A stretch of DNA of 27,482 bases from positions 1 through 27,482 of IMG/VR virus record IMGVR_UViG_3300027808_000130; one strand, given 5' to 3'. This DNA comes from a virus. Its lineage: Duplodnaviria; Caudoviricetes. The notes beneath the pieces were generated by a model that was not told the DNA's origin, did not search any database, and saw nothing but the letters and a program-made list of their open reading frames with translations. How positions within the stretch are numbered: the first letter of the stretch is position 1; each line of letters begins with the position of its first letter. The position numbers and the translations under genes are program-made. Below, one piece after another: positions 9,075-17,536 of the stretch.

Positions 9075-9400
9075 ATTTTATTTGATTTAGGTGTTGTTAT
9101 TACTCTCCCTTCAGGTACTCCCCATTGTTCTGGGTTTATCAATTCTATGTTTGATAGGTTTGTTACTATTGCCTGTGTAATAGGGATTGTTTGTTGTACT
9201 CTTTGTTCTAATACACTTCTTAGCTTGCTTTCCGCACTTGCTCTTTGTTGTAGTGTAGCAGCTAGATATGCTTTAGCATCTTTAAGTTCTTCCAATAGTT
9301 TAGCATTGTTTTGTTCTAAATGATTAATGTATGCTGCCATTTCCAACACTGCTTTCTCATCTATTTGAGCTTCTCCGATTTGTAGGTATTTGTTATCCAT
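9071..9400 (-). CDS. Hypothetical coiled-coil protein
   Basis: 109 aa with a heptad-like helix; 4-nt overlap with the next gene. Confidence 0.7.
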   Translation of the reverse strand: MDNKYLQIGEAQIDEKAVLEMAAYINHLEQNNAKLLEELKDAKAYLAATLQQRASAESKLRSVLEQRVQQTIPITQAIVTNLSNIELINPEQWGVPEGRVITTPKSNKI

Positions 9401-9417
9401 TTGTATATATTTATATA

Positions 9418-10578
9418 TTATCTTATTGAAATGATGTATTTGCCGGCTGATGTTGCTTTATTACTTAACCTCATCATTGAAGCGTAACGAGCTGCATCTA
9501 TTAAGTGATTCATATAATCTACTGGCTTATCCAATTGCTTTCCAAATCTATCACTACTCCACTCATACGAATAAAACTCATTGATTAGATTCTGACATGT
9601 CTTTGGTATGTTTATAGTATAGTTCTGCATTACCTGAATACCAAAGTTAATGCTATCCTTTCCTTTGATTACCGGCTTTATGTTCCAACCTAGCTTATAC
9701 AATTCATCTATTAGTCTTGGTTCTGCACTATCTGCCCATATCTCCTCTCTACCATTCACAACGCCTTTCAACATATTATCAATGTCCGAAGTTGTCATTC
9801 CTTTTTCATAGCAATGTTCTACCAAATAGATTTCATTATCTTGCTTCCATAAACTTACTAATGCCGTAGCATCCGCAGAATATCCAAAGTCCATACCGAA
9901 ACAAACTAATGTAGCTGTATCAGGTAACCATTCTATTGTATTGAATTGGAATATTGCTTTCTCATTTGATACATACTCTCCTAAACCATATACTTGCCAT
10001 GCTTTTGGATTTGTTGTTCTTAATTCTTCAATAGCTTCTTTAAGTGTTCTATCTAAATAAGGGTTGTTCTTATATGTTGTGAAGTAACGAGTACAATCTT
10101 GCATTTCACGAACCCAGTGCTGGGGTGAAATTGTTGGGTTATAACTTAATATGATTGGGCCTGTTGTTCTGATTTGTAATTGAAAATAAGATTCACTATC
10201 AATTTCCTGTGCTTCTTCAAGCCATAAGATTGAGCTCTTAAGCCCACGAAGCTTATCTGCATCATCGGTTGAAATGAATTGTATTACTGAATCGGTATAA
10301 AATGTATATATCCTATCACTTATATTAAAATCATTCTCATTCCAAACTCCCAAGCTCTGCATGATATCTTTAAAGTCTTTCATAACAGTTCGCTTGAGAG
10401 ATGGAATGGTTTTACGAACAATGGTTATAGTTTCTTTATTACTCAGCGCCTTTACTATACACCAAAAAATTAAAGCCCAAGTCTTTCCGCTTCTTGTGCC
10501 GCCAATATGATGAGTTACACGTGTTGTTGTATCTTCCTGATGTTGGTATGTAATCGTAGTATTAACTTCCAGATTCAT
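9418..10578 (-). CDS. terL: Terminase large subunit (PBSX-like)
   Basis: Walker A GGTRSGKT, Walker B LWLEEA, coupling motif YNP, nuclease motifs GMDFG, ADSAEP and NHLIDAARY. Confidence 0.95.
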   Translation of the reverse strand: MNLEVNTTITYQHQEDTTTRVTHHIGGTRSGKTWALIFWCIVKALSNKETITIVRKTIPSLKRTVMKDFKDIMQSLGVWNENDFNISDRIYTFYTDSVIQFISTDDADKLRGLKSSILWLEEAQEIDSESYFQLQIRTTGPIILSYNPTISPQHWVREMQDCTRYFTTYKNNPYLDRTLKEAIEELRTTNPKAWQVYGLGEYVSNEKAIFQFNTIEWLPDTATLVCFGMDFGYSADATALVSLWKQDNEIYLVEHCYEKGMTTSDIDNMLKGVVNGREEIWADSAEPRLIDELYKLGWNIKPVIKGKDSINFGIQVMQNYTINIPKTCQNLINEFYSYEWSSDRFGKQLDKPVDYMNHLIDAARYASMMRLSNKATSAGKYIISIR

Positions 10579-10870
10579 CTATTACCCTTTGAGTTATGTT
10601 TATATTGATTGCCTGAATCCTTTGTTCTATCTCAGCTTTAATCTCAGTCCTTCCCAATTTAGGTATGACATATTCCATCATCTTAAGTGATAGCTCTATT
10701 GCTCTTTCAGGATCTTTCTTTCTTATCTTCTCTAAATCCTCAGCTATGTTGTTGAGTGTATTATTTGCAGCTCTAGCTAATGTTAATTTCATTTGCTCCG
10801 TAGAACGATTCAATGCTCCTGCCGGTCTGCCTGTTTTGTTTATTCGGGTATCCCCTTTACTAAATCCCAT
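10562..10870 (-). CDS. terS: Probable terminase small subunit
   Basis: N-terminal FSKG...N..GRP.G motif; overlaps the terL start. Confidence 0.7.
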   Translation of the reverse strand: MGFSKGDTRINKTGRPAGALNRSTEQMKLTLARAANNTLNNIAEDLEKIRKKDPERAIELSLKMMEYVIPKLGRTEIKAEIEQRIQAININITQRVIDESGS

Positions 10871-10971
10871 TGTAATTGGTTGTATTTAACTATGTTATAT
10901 ATTTTAACATACTACCTCACCTTTGTAGTGAAGTACCTCAGGATTAGGTTATAATAGGGTTGTACCTAATT

Positions 10972-11058
10972 CTACATAGCTATCCAATATACTAATAGGA
11001 TTGCTATCCCATATACTATTCCTAATACTAATAGGTCTTTGTTATTATTCTTTTTCAA
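10972..11058 (-). CDS. Possible 28 aa single-pass membrane peptide (not in ORF track)
   Basis: TTG start, MKKNNNKDLLVLGIVYGIAILLVYWIAM; overlaps the upstream stop. Confidence 0.4.
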   Translation of the reverse strand: MKKNNNKDLLVLGIVYGIAILLVYWIAM

Positions 11059-11602
11059 TAAAGGGATTGTTAAGTGTTTCTCTTAAATGCATCTTAGCTT
11101 TCTTAACATTAGTAAAGGAGGTTGATTTACATATTTTAATTTCATTAGATAGTTTTTCCAATGTCATATTAGGAGTAAACCAATATATTTGTGCTAACTT
11201 ACTTGCTGGCCAGTTACGGCTTCTTTCCATATTCTTTAATTCAGCTACTACTTCATTATATGATTCTTCTAGCTTTACATCCCACTCCTCATCATATTCT
11301 GTATCTACTCTATTATCAATTGGATTTTCCGCTTGGTATTTAATCTTCTTATCTCTCTTAATCTTATTTAGGAATCTACTCTTTACAAACGAGTAACAAT
11401 ACATTACGTTGAATGATTTACCCCACCATATATGAGGTCTTACCTTCTCACCTAAATACACATATAAATCTCCAACTAAATCATTAGCCGTTTCTTTATT
11501 CTTTACAATATTAAAAGTTGCTGAGCAAAGCCATAAATGCGATTCTCTATAAAGAACTTCTAATCTTTTATTATTTTCTATTTCTAATTTTGATAATGGC
11601 AT
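11045..11602 (-). CDS. ECF/sigma-70-like factor
   Basis: 185 aa; region-2-like ETANDLVGDLYVYL and a C-terminal HTH, MTLEKLSNEIKICKSTSFTNVKKAK. Confidence 0.6.
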   Translation of the reverse strand: MPLSKLEIENNKRLEVLYRESHLWLCSATFNIVKNKETANDLVGDLYVYLGEKVRPHIWWGKSFNVMYCYSFVKSRFLNKIKRDKKIKYQAENPIDNRVDTEYDEEWDVKLEESYNEVVAELKNMERSRNWPASKLAQIYWFTPNMTLEKLSNEIKICKSTSFTNVKKAKMHLRETLNNPFIEKE

Positions 11603-11829
11603 TAACTTCTTTCATTAACAAACTTACGAAGTACTGCAACACAGTCTCCCCATAAACCAGCTGCTGAAGAACAACCACAGGGCTGATTAATTCTTTCACC
11701 TCTTATTCTATTACACTTTTCCCAAAAGTGTCCCATTAGGTGTTCAGGTAAGAAAGCTTTGATACCTTCTAAATTACCTTTCAATTCTATAAACTCTTCT
11801 TCTGATAATGGTATGTATTTGTTTTCCAT
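11602..11829 (-). CDS. Hypothetical protein with PCGC motif
   Basis: 75 aa; stop/start coupled to the next gene. Confidence 0.7.
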   Translation of the reverse strand: MENKYIPLSEEEFIELKGNLEGIKAFLPEHLMGHFWEKCNRIRGERINQPCGCSSAAGLWGDCVAVLRKFVNERS

Positions 11830-11830
11830 A

Positions 11831-12487
11831 TTATTTTAATTTATAAGCTAATTCTGCTGTAATCTCCCATCTTAATCCACAGCCTGAAGTATTGTTTGAA
11901 TTGAATAGTTTATTAGGTAATTCTACAAATCCATAACTTTCCATTTCTGCTTTCCACATATCAACTGATTTAACGTTACAATGAACTCTATCTACTTCAC
12001 CTACATAAGCCCAACTTGCTGCAGATGCATATATAACTGAATCTTTATGCATATGCTTTTTTATATTCTTTATAAATTGTGGGAATGTATCTGATTGTAT
12101 ATGCTCAAAGTGCTCAAATGAAGTTATTACATCAAATTCAATTAAATCACTATTCTCATCCACCAATGTATAATCAACATCAGTTCTTAATATAAAATGA
12201 TATTTGCTATCAATAGTATCCAATTGTAAACTTTCATAATTACCATCTAAACTAACTGCTAAATAATCTTCACCAAATTCTCTTACTCTTTTTGATAAGA
12301 ATGCAGCGCCACTACCAATATCCAAAAACTTTCTAGCATTAGGATACATAGTTTTTAAATCATCAGCGAATGCGTACATATCATGCTCAATTGCTTCTGA
12401 TAGGTTTATACCATCGTGGTGTTGATAGCCAGGGAATTCCATATCATCAATACCTTTATTTTGTTTGTTTAGCTGTACTACTTTCAT
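11831..12487 (-). CDS. Class I SAM-dependent methyltransferase (non-DNA type)
   Basis: FLDIGSGAA motif I and FDVITSFEHFEHI; no DPPY/NPPY or PCQ motif. Confidence 0.85.
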   Translation of the reverse strand: MKVVQLNKQNKGIDDMEFPGYQHHDGINLSEAIEHDMYAFADDLKTMYPNARKFLDIGSGAAFLSKRVREFGEDYLAVSLDGNYESLQLDTIDSKYHFILRTDVDYTLVDENSDLIEFDVITSFEHFEHIQSDTFPQFIKNIKKHMHKDSVIYASAASWAYVGEVDRVHCNVKSVDMWKAEMESYGFVELPNKLFNSNNTSGCGLRWEITAELAYKLK

Positions 12488-12489
12488 TA

Positions 12490-12687
12490 TTATAATTTTA
12501 TTCCATTACATTGTCCATCATAGGACTTATTAGTTAATCTATTTAACCATTGTTTTCGTTCACAACAACCACATGATTTGTATCCTAATAAATCTATTGC
12601 TATCCATTCTGACAATCTTTGTCCCCAACCTAAAGTAAATAAATCTATTATCCATTCTAACCAAGTTCCAATTTGTATTTTATGCAT
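12490..12687 (-). CDS. Hypothetical protein with CGCCERK-x2-LN motif
   Basis: 65 aa; overlaps the end of the HNH gene. Confidence 0.7.
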   Translation of the reverse strand: MHKIQIGTWLEWIIDLFTLGWGQRLSEWIAIDLLGYKSCGCCERKQWLNRLTNKSYDGQCNGIKL

Positions 12688-13057
12688 TTCTATTTGGTTT
12701 AGTTATTGTATGATAATGAGTAACGTTTTGTTGTCTTGTCATATACTCTAAGTTATCAGGGTTATTATTATGTTTATCACCATCTTTGTGGTTTACTTCT
12801 AATCCTTTTGGTATCTTACCTAAAAAGGTTTGAGCTATTAAACGATGCCCTCTCCTCCATAATCTTTGTTTGTTAGGTCCTTTACCTACGAATAATCCAT
12901 AGTATAAATACCCTGATGGATGTGTACGTGGTTTAAGTACTCTTAAATCACCATTAGGATTGTACCTAGGTGATATCTTTGTTGTGTAGATTAATCCATC
13001 ACTACCAGCATAATAGTCAGGTAATCCGTTTAAATCTTTAATTTCAATCTTTGCCAT
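12680..13057 (-). CDS. HNH endonuclease (HNH_3 type)
   Basis: HRLIAQTF...EVNHKDGDKHNNNPDNLEYMTRQQNVTH. Confidence 0.9.
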   Translation of the reverse strand: MAKIEIKDLNGLPDYYAGSDGLIYTTKISPRYNPNGDLRVLKPRTHPSGYLYYGLFVGKGPNKQRLWRRGHRLIAQTFLGKIPKGLEVNHKDGDKHNNNPDNLEYMTRQQNVTHYHTITKPNRNA

Positions 13058-13075
13058 TGTATATTGTTTTGTGTT

Positions 13076-13093
13076 TATAAATATTAGTAGTTT
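13076..13093 (-). promoter_or_regulatory. Putative middle promoter AAACTACTAA-TATTTATA
   Basis: Near-identical to 14536..14554; lies between a terminator and ATG 13057. Confidence 0.5.
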
Positions 13094-13108
13094 CGTTTTA
13101 GTTTAAAT

Positions 13109-13141
13109 AAAAAAAGGGAGCCATAAATGACAATGACTCCC
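13109..13141 (-). terminator. Intrinsic terminator
   Basis: GGGAGTCAT/ATGGCTCCC stem followed by a T7 tract. Confidence 0.75.
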
Positions 13142-13201
13142 TATTGTATAGGATAATAGTTCCGGAAAATCCAAATTTTGGCAAATTAAAAAACCGGAAC
13201 T
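13109..13201 (-). ncRNA. Candidate structured 3' RNA: large-loop hairpin plus terminator
   Basis: Perfect 8-bp stem AGTTCCGG/CCGGAACT with AATTTGCCA in the loop; same layout as 18670..18748. Confidence 0.4.
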
Positions 13202-13237
13202 GATTATAAGTATAAAACTATGTAACATATTATTATC

Positions 13238-13387
13238 CTAATTATTTTGTGCTAATCTTTGTCTTTCGTTTTCTTGCTTTGTAAAATCATCCATTATATT
13301 TTTCCAATCTAAGTTATCAAATATATAAGCGACTTCTTCTTTAGTTAAGTCCGCTAATGGTTTCTTTAATAATTCATCTATATTCAT
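13238..13387 (-). CDS. Hypothetical 49 aa protein (not in ORF track)
   Basis: MNIDELLKKPLADLTKEEVAYIFDNLDWKNIMDDFTKQENERQRLAQNN; starts 1 nt after the upstream stop. Confidence 0.7.
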   Translation of the reverse strand: MNIDELLKKPLADLTKEEVAYIFDNLDWKNIMDDFTKQENERQRLAQNN

Positions 13388-13388
13388 T

Positions 13389-13937
13389 TTATTTCTTTTT
13401 AGTTGCTGTGTTATTAATTAAATCTATTGTATATGTTTCACCAAATAGTTTTTCTATCTCTCTTTCTTTAACTTCTCTTTCAATTGGGTCTAAATCATAC
13501 TTGCTTCCAAAATGATTATTAATCCATTTATTCATATCAAGTGTCAGTTTATTCTTTGAATCATTCTGAGCTTTAGCTTGCATCTTTGCTTTTTCTGCAT
13601 AAGCATCATTCTCATTACTTTTTATATCATCAAGGCGAGTCACATCATTAAACAAATCATCAAAAGCATCCTTTATCTCTATATCTGATAGAATACTTGT
13701 TTCAAATTTATTTTTAACGCTTTCCAAATATTCATCTGTAATATTATAGTCATTACCCATTACGTTCCTCAAATATTCATCACTATTTGAATTTATATAC
13801 TGCTGAATGTATTGTTGGATATCTAATGCCATATCAGCTGCATCCTCTATATCTAATTCAATAGATGTTTCAGTTTTAGTTACTATTGTTAGTACAATCT
13901 TATCACCCTCTTTTTTTACATAGAATTCGTTTGCCAT
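13389..13937 (-). CDS. Hypothetical acidic protein
   Basis: 182 aa ORF with its own promoter and A-rich leader. Confidence 0.75.
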   Translation of the reverse strand: MANEFYVKKEGDKIVLTIVTKTETSIELDIEDAADMALDIQQYIQQYINSNSDEYLRNVMGNDYNITDEYLESVKNKFETSILSDIEIKDAFDDLFNDVTRLDDIKSNENDAYAEKAKMQAKAQNDSKNKLTLDMNKWINNHFGSKYDLDPIEREVKEREIEKLFGETYTIDLINNTATKKK

Positions 13938-13958
13938 ATTATATTGTTTATTGTTTTG

Positions 13959-13990
13959 TAAAGATACGAAATAAATCTCAAACTACCTAC
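13959..13990 (-). promoter_or_regulatory. Bacteroidota-type promoter (-7 TATCTTTA, weak -33)
   Basis: 7/8 match to TAnnTTTG, upstream of ATG 13937. Confidence 0.55.
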
Positions 13991-14508
13991 TAATTTCTTA
14001 TATAATTTAATATATCTTCTTGAGAAAGATTTGAATTAAAAATATCAGCAAATGAAGTAGCACTGTTACCTGGTATACTGTTAATCTTTTCTTGTATATT
14101 CTTTTTTAATATTATCTTTTCTTCTTCTTTCTTTTCTTTAGATACAGGTTCTCCACCTGCCGATAATCTACCTGCGGTTAATCCACCATCGGATAATCTA
14201 TCAGTAATAAGGTAATGATAATTAAATCTACCTAATGCAGCTCTCTCTTTTATTACTTTAATATATCCATAATCAACACACTCTTTCCATACTCTATTGA
14301 ATTTAACTCTATTCATATTAAGAGCTCTTTGTACTTGACCTTTGTATATAATCCAATTTTCAGGTAAAGAAATAATAAACATAACCAAAGCCCTAGCTTC
14401 TAAAGTTAGTTTAGTATTTTGAATTAATTCGTTTGAAATAGGTGTGAAGTTGTGTTTAGAAGTATTAACACTTCTTATAATCTTAGTTGTGTTTTGTTGT
14501 GTTGCCAT
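13990..14508 (-). CDS. Replication initiator-like HTH protein
   Basis: NFTPISNELIQNTKLTLEARALV..IISLPENW...GYI resembles replisome-organiser N-termini; internal DNA repeats. Confidence 0.65.
   Translation of the reverse strand: MATQQNTTKIIRSVNTSKHNFTPISNELIQNTKLTLEARALVMFIISLPENWIIYKGQVQRALNMNRVKFNRVWKECVDYGYIKVIKERAALGRFNYHYLITDRLSDGGLTAGRLSAGGEPVSKEKKEEEKIILKKNIQEKINSIPGNSATSFADIFNSNLSQEDILNYIRN
14153..14210. repeat. 15-bp tandem repeats (putative iterons)
   Basis: CCACCTGCCGATAAT, CTACCTGCGGTTAAT, CCACCATCGGATAAT plus a partial fourth copy. Confidence 0.6.
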
Positions 14509-14535
14509 ATTATATTGTTTATTGTTTATCCTATA

Positions 14536-14568
14536 TATAAATACTAAGTAGTTTTTGCAAACACCAAA
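14536..14568 (-). promoter_or_regulatory. Putative promoter AAACTACTTAG-TATTTATA with upstream TTTG
   Basis: Shared with 13076..13093; upstream of the rep-like ATG. Confidence 0.5.
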
Positions 14569-14570
14569 AA

Positions 14571-14579
14571 TGTGGATAA
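14571..14579 (-). promoter_or_regulatory. DnaA-box consensus TTATCCACA
   Basis: Perfect match, intergenic, upstream of the rep-like gene. Confidence 0.45.
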
Positions 14580-14581
14580 CT

Positions 14582-14893
14582 TTATAATATTTTTTTATTT
14601 ATAATCTTATAGAAACGGATAACTCCATTCTTTTGTAATCTATCCATTTCAGGTTTAACATAAACTGTACTACCTACATATATTGCATCCTTATCACTCC
14701 ATGCCCATATGTTATCAATAGTGATAGGTTTAGTACCCTTATCAGTTTCAATAAGGAATTGTACTTTGTATTGTGTACCAGTTTCCTTTCTTAGTATAAA
14801 CTTTTCTTCTTCTACTCTATCCTTCATTTCTTTAGATAGAGAATTGAGAAGCGCCGTTAAGCGCCTCTCTAATGATAATATTCTTTCTTCCAT
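14582..14893 (-). CDS. Hypothetical protein
   Basis: 103 aa ORF in the early operon. Confidence 0.7.
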   Translation of the reverse strand: MEERILSLERRLTALLNSLSKEMKDRVEEEKFILRKETGTQYKVQFLIETDKGTKPITIDNIWAWSDKDAIYVGSTVYVKPEMDRLQKNGVIRFYKIINKKIL

Positions 14894-14907
14894 AACTTAT
14901 TTTTTGT

Positions 14908-15102
14908 TTAAGCTTGATTGTAATAAATGTTATTTAATTGATTTAGTATCCATGCTTTTCTGAATACTAGCTTACCATACTCTGTATTAACTCCAGTAGT
15001 ATTAGTATGTAATCTACTCTCAACCTCTCTGATTTCATCATAGGTTGAATCTAATTGTTGGTTTAAGTACTCTTTTAGGTACTCAATGTTTGAATTTTCC
15101 AT
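14908..15102 (-). CDS. Hypothetical helical protein, paralogue of 17537..17695
   Basis: 64 aa; LKEYL...D.TY..I and FR..W...QLN. Confidence 0.7.
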   Translation of the reverse strand: MENSNIEYLKEYLNQQLDSTYDEIREVESRLHTNTTGVNTEYGKLVFRKAWILNQLNNIYYNQA

Positions 15103-15111
15103 TTTGTTTAT

Positions 15112-15411
15112 TTATTTAATTGTTTGAATAAAATTGATTGTTTTAGATTGTGTGGAATAATGTTGTTCTAAATCATATTCATAAGATTGAAAACCTTCAT
15201 AAACATAATCTATTAAATACTTTTCTGATGTAAAAATCAGGCCTGATTCGTGAGTTGTTAGATAGTTTATTTCACTATTTGTTAATTCAAACTCCCAAAC
15301 ATTATTAAATCTTTCCGCAACACATTTAAGAGTAATTGGAAACATTGAAATTTTTGGATTGTTAATTTCCTTTTCAAAGGAATACTTTTTGAAAGCGATT
15401 TTATTTTCCAT
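15112..15411 (-). CDS. Hypothetical protein
   Basis: 99 aa, tightly packed in the operon. Confidence 0.7.
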   Translation of the reverse strand: MENKIAFKKYSFEKEINNPKISMFPITLKCVAERFNNVWEFELTNSEINYLTTHESGLIFTSEKYLIDYVYEGFQSYEYDLEQHYSTQSKTINFIQTIK

Positions 15412-15412
15412 T

Positions 15413-15655
15413 TTATTTGTTGTTTAAATTGTTGATTGAGTATTCCATCATACCGATTGTTTGCGAAACATTGTTTGGATTTAATTTAACATATAAATCA
15501 TCTAACTTTTGGATAGAATCATTATACGAATCCCATTCTTCTTCATTAAAATTATCGGTAACGTAATTAACATTATCAATAAGTTTACGAATTGTGTTTT
15601 TCAAGGCAGTTTCAAATTCATTTTTACCTAATTCACTTTTAATTAACTGTACCAT
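15413..15655 (-). CDS. Hypothetical protein
   Basis: 80 aa; first gene after a promoter cassette. Confidence 0.7.
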   Translation of the reverse strand: MVQLIKSELGKNEFETALKNTIRKLIDNVNYVTDNFNEEEWDSYNDSIQKLDDLYVKLNPNNVSQTIGMMEYSINNLNNK

Positions 15656-15705
15656 TTTGTTTTTTTCTCCGTTTGGTTACCTACGGGGATATAGAGGTTT
15701 TTTGT

Positions 15706-15884
15706 TAAGTTGAAGAATACCCTCAACCCTTATATACATAAAGATACTACAAAAACTACTAACCACCAAATATTTAAGTAACTATTTTTCATATATTTTT
15801 ATTTATAATACATAAAACGTTGATAATCAATAAACTATTTTCTAAGTCATTGATTATCAACGAGTTACATATTAGCCCCTTTTT
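15706..15884 (-). promoter_or_regulatory. Early cassette copy 1: two palindromes, host-type promoter, leader hairpin
   Basis: TTGATWATCAA at 15820 and 15850; TTTG(15767-70)-N20-TATCTTTA(15739-46); hairpin 15709-15727. Confidence 0.75.
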
Positions 15885-15932
15885 AACCCTTTTTAGAGGG
15901 TCTAATCCCTTTTGAGGTATTATCCCTACCCA

Positions 15933-15960
15933 AACAAAAAACCCCCATTTAAGGGGGTCT
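15933..15960 (-). terminator. Intrinsic terminator
   Basis: ACCCCC-TTAAAT-GGGGGT followed by a T tract, after the 254 aa gene. Confidence 0.75.
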
Positions 15961-15978
15961 CTGTTAGTCTATATATGT

Positions 15979-16743
15979 TTAGAATCTTAAATCGTCTAAT
16001 GAAAATCCACCAAACTTTTCTTTTTTGGTTTTATATGGAACGAATTGTTTTTCCATAAACTTAGCGTACTTTTTATACGCATCATTTATAGTTTCTCTAT
16101 TCCATTCTTTGTATTTGGTTTGTTTCAAATCTAACCACCAAAACCCATTTGGATTTGATTTTTTTCTTTTATCATAAGCCCTCAATAGTTGAATGGTTTT
16201 TGATTTATTCTTTTTAAGAAAAGCAGTAATCGTTTCGTCTTTAAGTTTAGTTGTAACACTACCATAAGGTAATTTAGTATCAGCATCTTTTTCAAATCCT
16301 AATGCTTTAATAGCCATATCAGCATATTTGTACTGATATTCTCTAGCATCAACTTCCCAAGGTGCACTCAAATATTTTCCCCAATAATGTTTACCTTTCC
16401 AATTATCACTAATATATGGATTTCTACCTTTACCCTCTTTGAAACGGGAACCATTTAACCATTTTTTATCGTATTGGATAGCATGTCTAATCTCATGTCC
16501 TAGTACAGCTAAGATATCTTTTATTGAATTACCATAAAGGTTACGAATGTTTATTCTTATCTCTTTATTTGCATCTCTATAAAAACCTGCATAATATACG
16601 TCATTACCCCAATTAACCTCTCTACTGAATGTTAATTTGGTATCAACTCCAAATTTTGTGTTTAACCACTTATGTGCTTCTATACACATATTAACTGCTG
16701 TTTGCTCTGCGTTGTTTCTTACAACTAATCCTACTCTACTCAT
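15979..16743 (-). CDS. Zincin-like metallopeptidase domain protein
   Basis: VLGHEIRHAIQ (HExxH) plus downstream PWEVDA (probable third-ligand Glu); no promoter spotted in the short gap upstream. Confidence 0.7.
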   Translation of the reverse strand: MSRVGLVVRNNAEQTAVNMCIEAHKWLNTKFGVDTKLTFSREVNWGNDVYYAGFYRDANKEIRINIRNLYGNSIKDILAVLGHEIRHAIQYDKKWLNGSRFKEGKGRNPYISDNWKGKHYWGKYLSAPWEVDAREYQYKYADMAIKALGFEKDADTKLPYGSVTTKLKDETITAFLKKNKSKTIQLLRAYDKRKKSNPNGFWWLDLKQTKYKEWNRETINDAYKKYAKFMEKQFVPYKTKKEKFGGFSLDDLRF

Positions 16744-16770
16744 AACTTATTTTTTTATTTGTTTATAATT

Positions 16771-17274
16771 TTATTTATTTGGATAATACATTAAAGCCGG
16801 GCATTGCCAATCATATGATATAAATCCAAATGATTTGTACCATTCTCTCAACCATTTAAGATAATCTATATCTTTTTGCTGATTCTCAGTCATATATGAA
16901 TTATCATAATCAACAGGTAAAACTCTAATTTGAATACCTAATTCGTCAGCTGTATCTAATAATAGATTCATTATTTGTGTACCTCTACCTTTACACCTTT
17001 CTTTAATTTCAATCCATTGTAATTCTACACAATTAGCACTTTCAGCATAATCAGTTAAATATAATTTAATACAATCGTCCTCATATTTCATTACGTGAGC
17101 GTAATCGTTTGTTTCAATATATCTACGATTGTTATCTATATCCATAACATTAGAGGAATAACTACCTATTGTTGGTTTCCAATCCTTTGGAGTTATACCC
17201 ATTTTTTCACTAAATGCAGTAGTGTAATTTTCTAATAATTGAATTGAAAATTTGTTAATGTACTTTTTTGCCAT
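16771..17274 (-). CDS. GNAT-like N-acetyltransferase
   Basis: CKGRGTQIM (motif A-like), ADELG and LREWYKSFGF (motif B-like). Confidence 0.7.
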   Translation of the reverse strand: MAKKYINKFSIQLLENYTTAFSEKMGITPKDWKPTIGSYSSNVMDIDNNRRYIETNDYAHVMKYEDDCIKLYLTDYAESANCVELQWIEIKERCKGRGTQIMNLLLDTADELGIQIRVLPVDYDNSYMTENQQKDIDYLKWLREWYKSFGFISYDWQCPALMYYPNK

Positions 17275-17296
17275 GTTTTTTTGTTTTATTTGTTTG

Positions 17297-17462
17297 AGTT
17301 GAAGAATACCTTTAACCCTTATTTACATAAAGATACTACAAAACTACTAAACTACCAAACATTTAAATAACTATTTTTGGTTGCTTCTGCTAACGTGTTG
17401 ATACTCAATAAACTATTTTCTAACGTGTTGATAATCAACGTAATACATATTAGCCCCTTTTT
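17297..17462 (-). promoter_or_regulatory. Early cassette copy 2
   Basis: Palindrome cores at 17398 and 17428; TTTG(17356-59)-N20-TATCTTTA(17328-35); hairpin 17298-17316. Confidence 0.75.
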
Positions 17463-17536
17463 AGGGGATTTGAGAGGGTTAAAGGATACAATAAGGGAAA
17501 AGCTTACCATACCCAATAACCTCTCAGGAAGCCCCC

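Noticed and set aside
13097-13228. 43 aa ORF MLHSFILIISSGF... across the hairpins
   Set aside because: It runs through a terminator and the RNA structure explains the sequence better; not fully excluded.
15675-15683. AGGTAACC resembling the 16S rRNA 3' region
   Set aside because: Only 8 nt, same sense, and no further rRNA similarity.
15820-15860. Palindromes as Fur boxes
   Set aside because: They share only GATAAT; the symmetry differs from the 19-bp Fur box.
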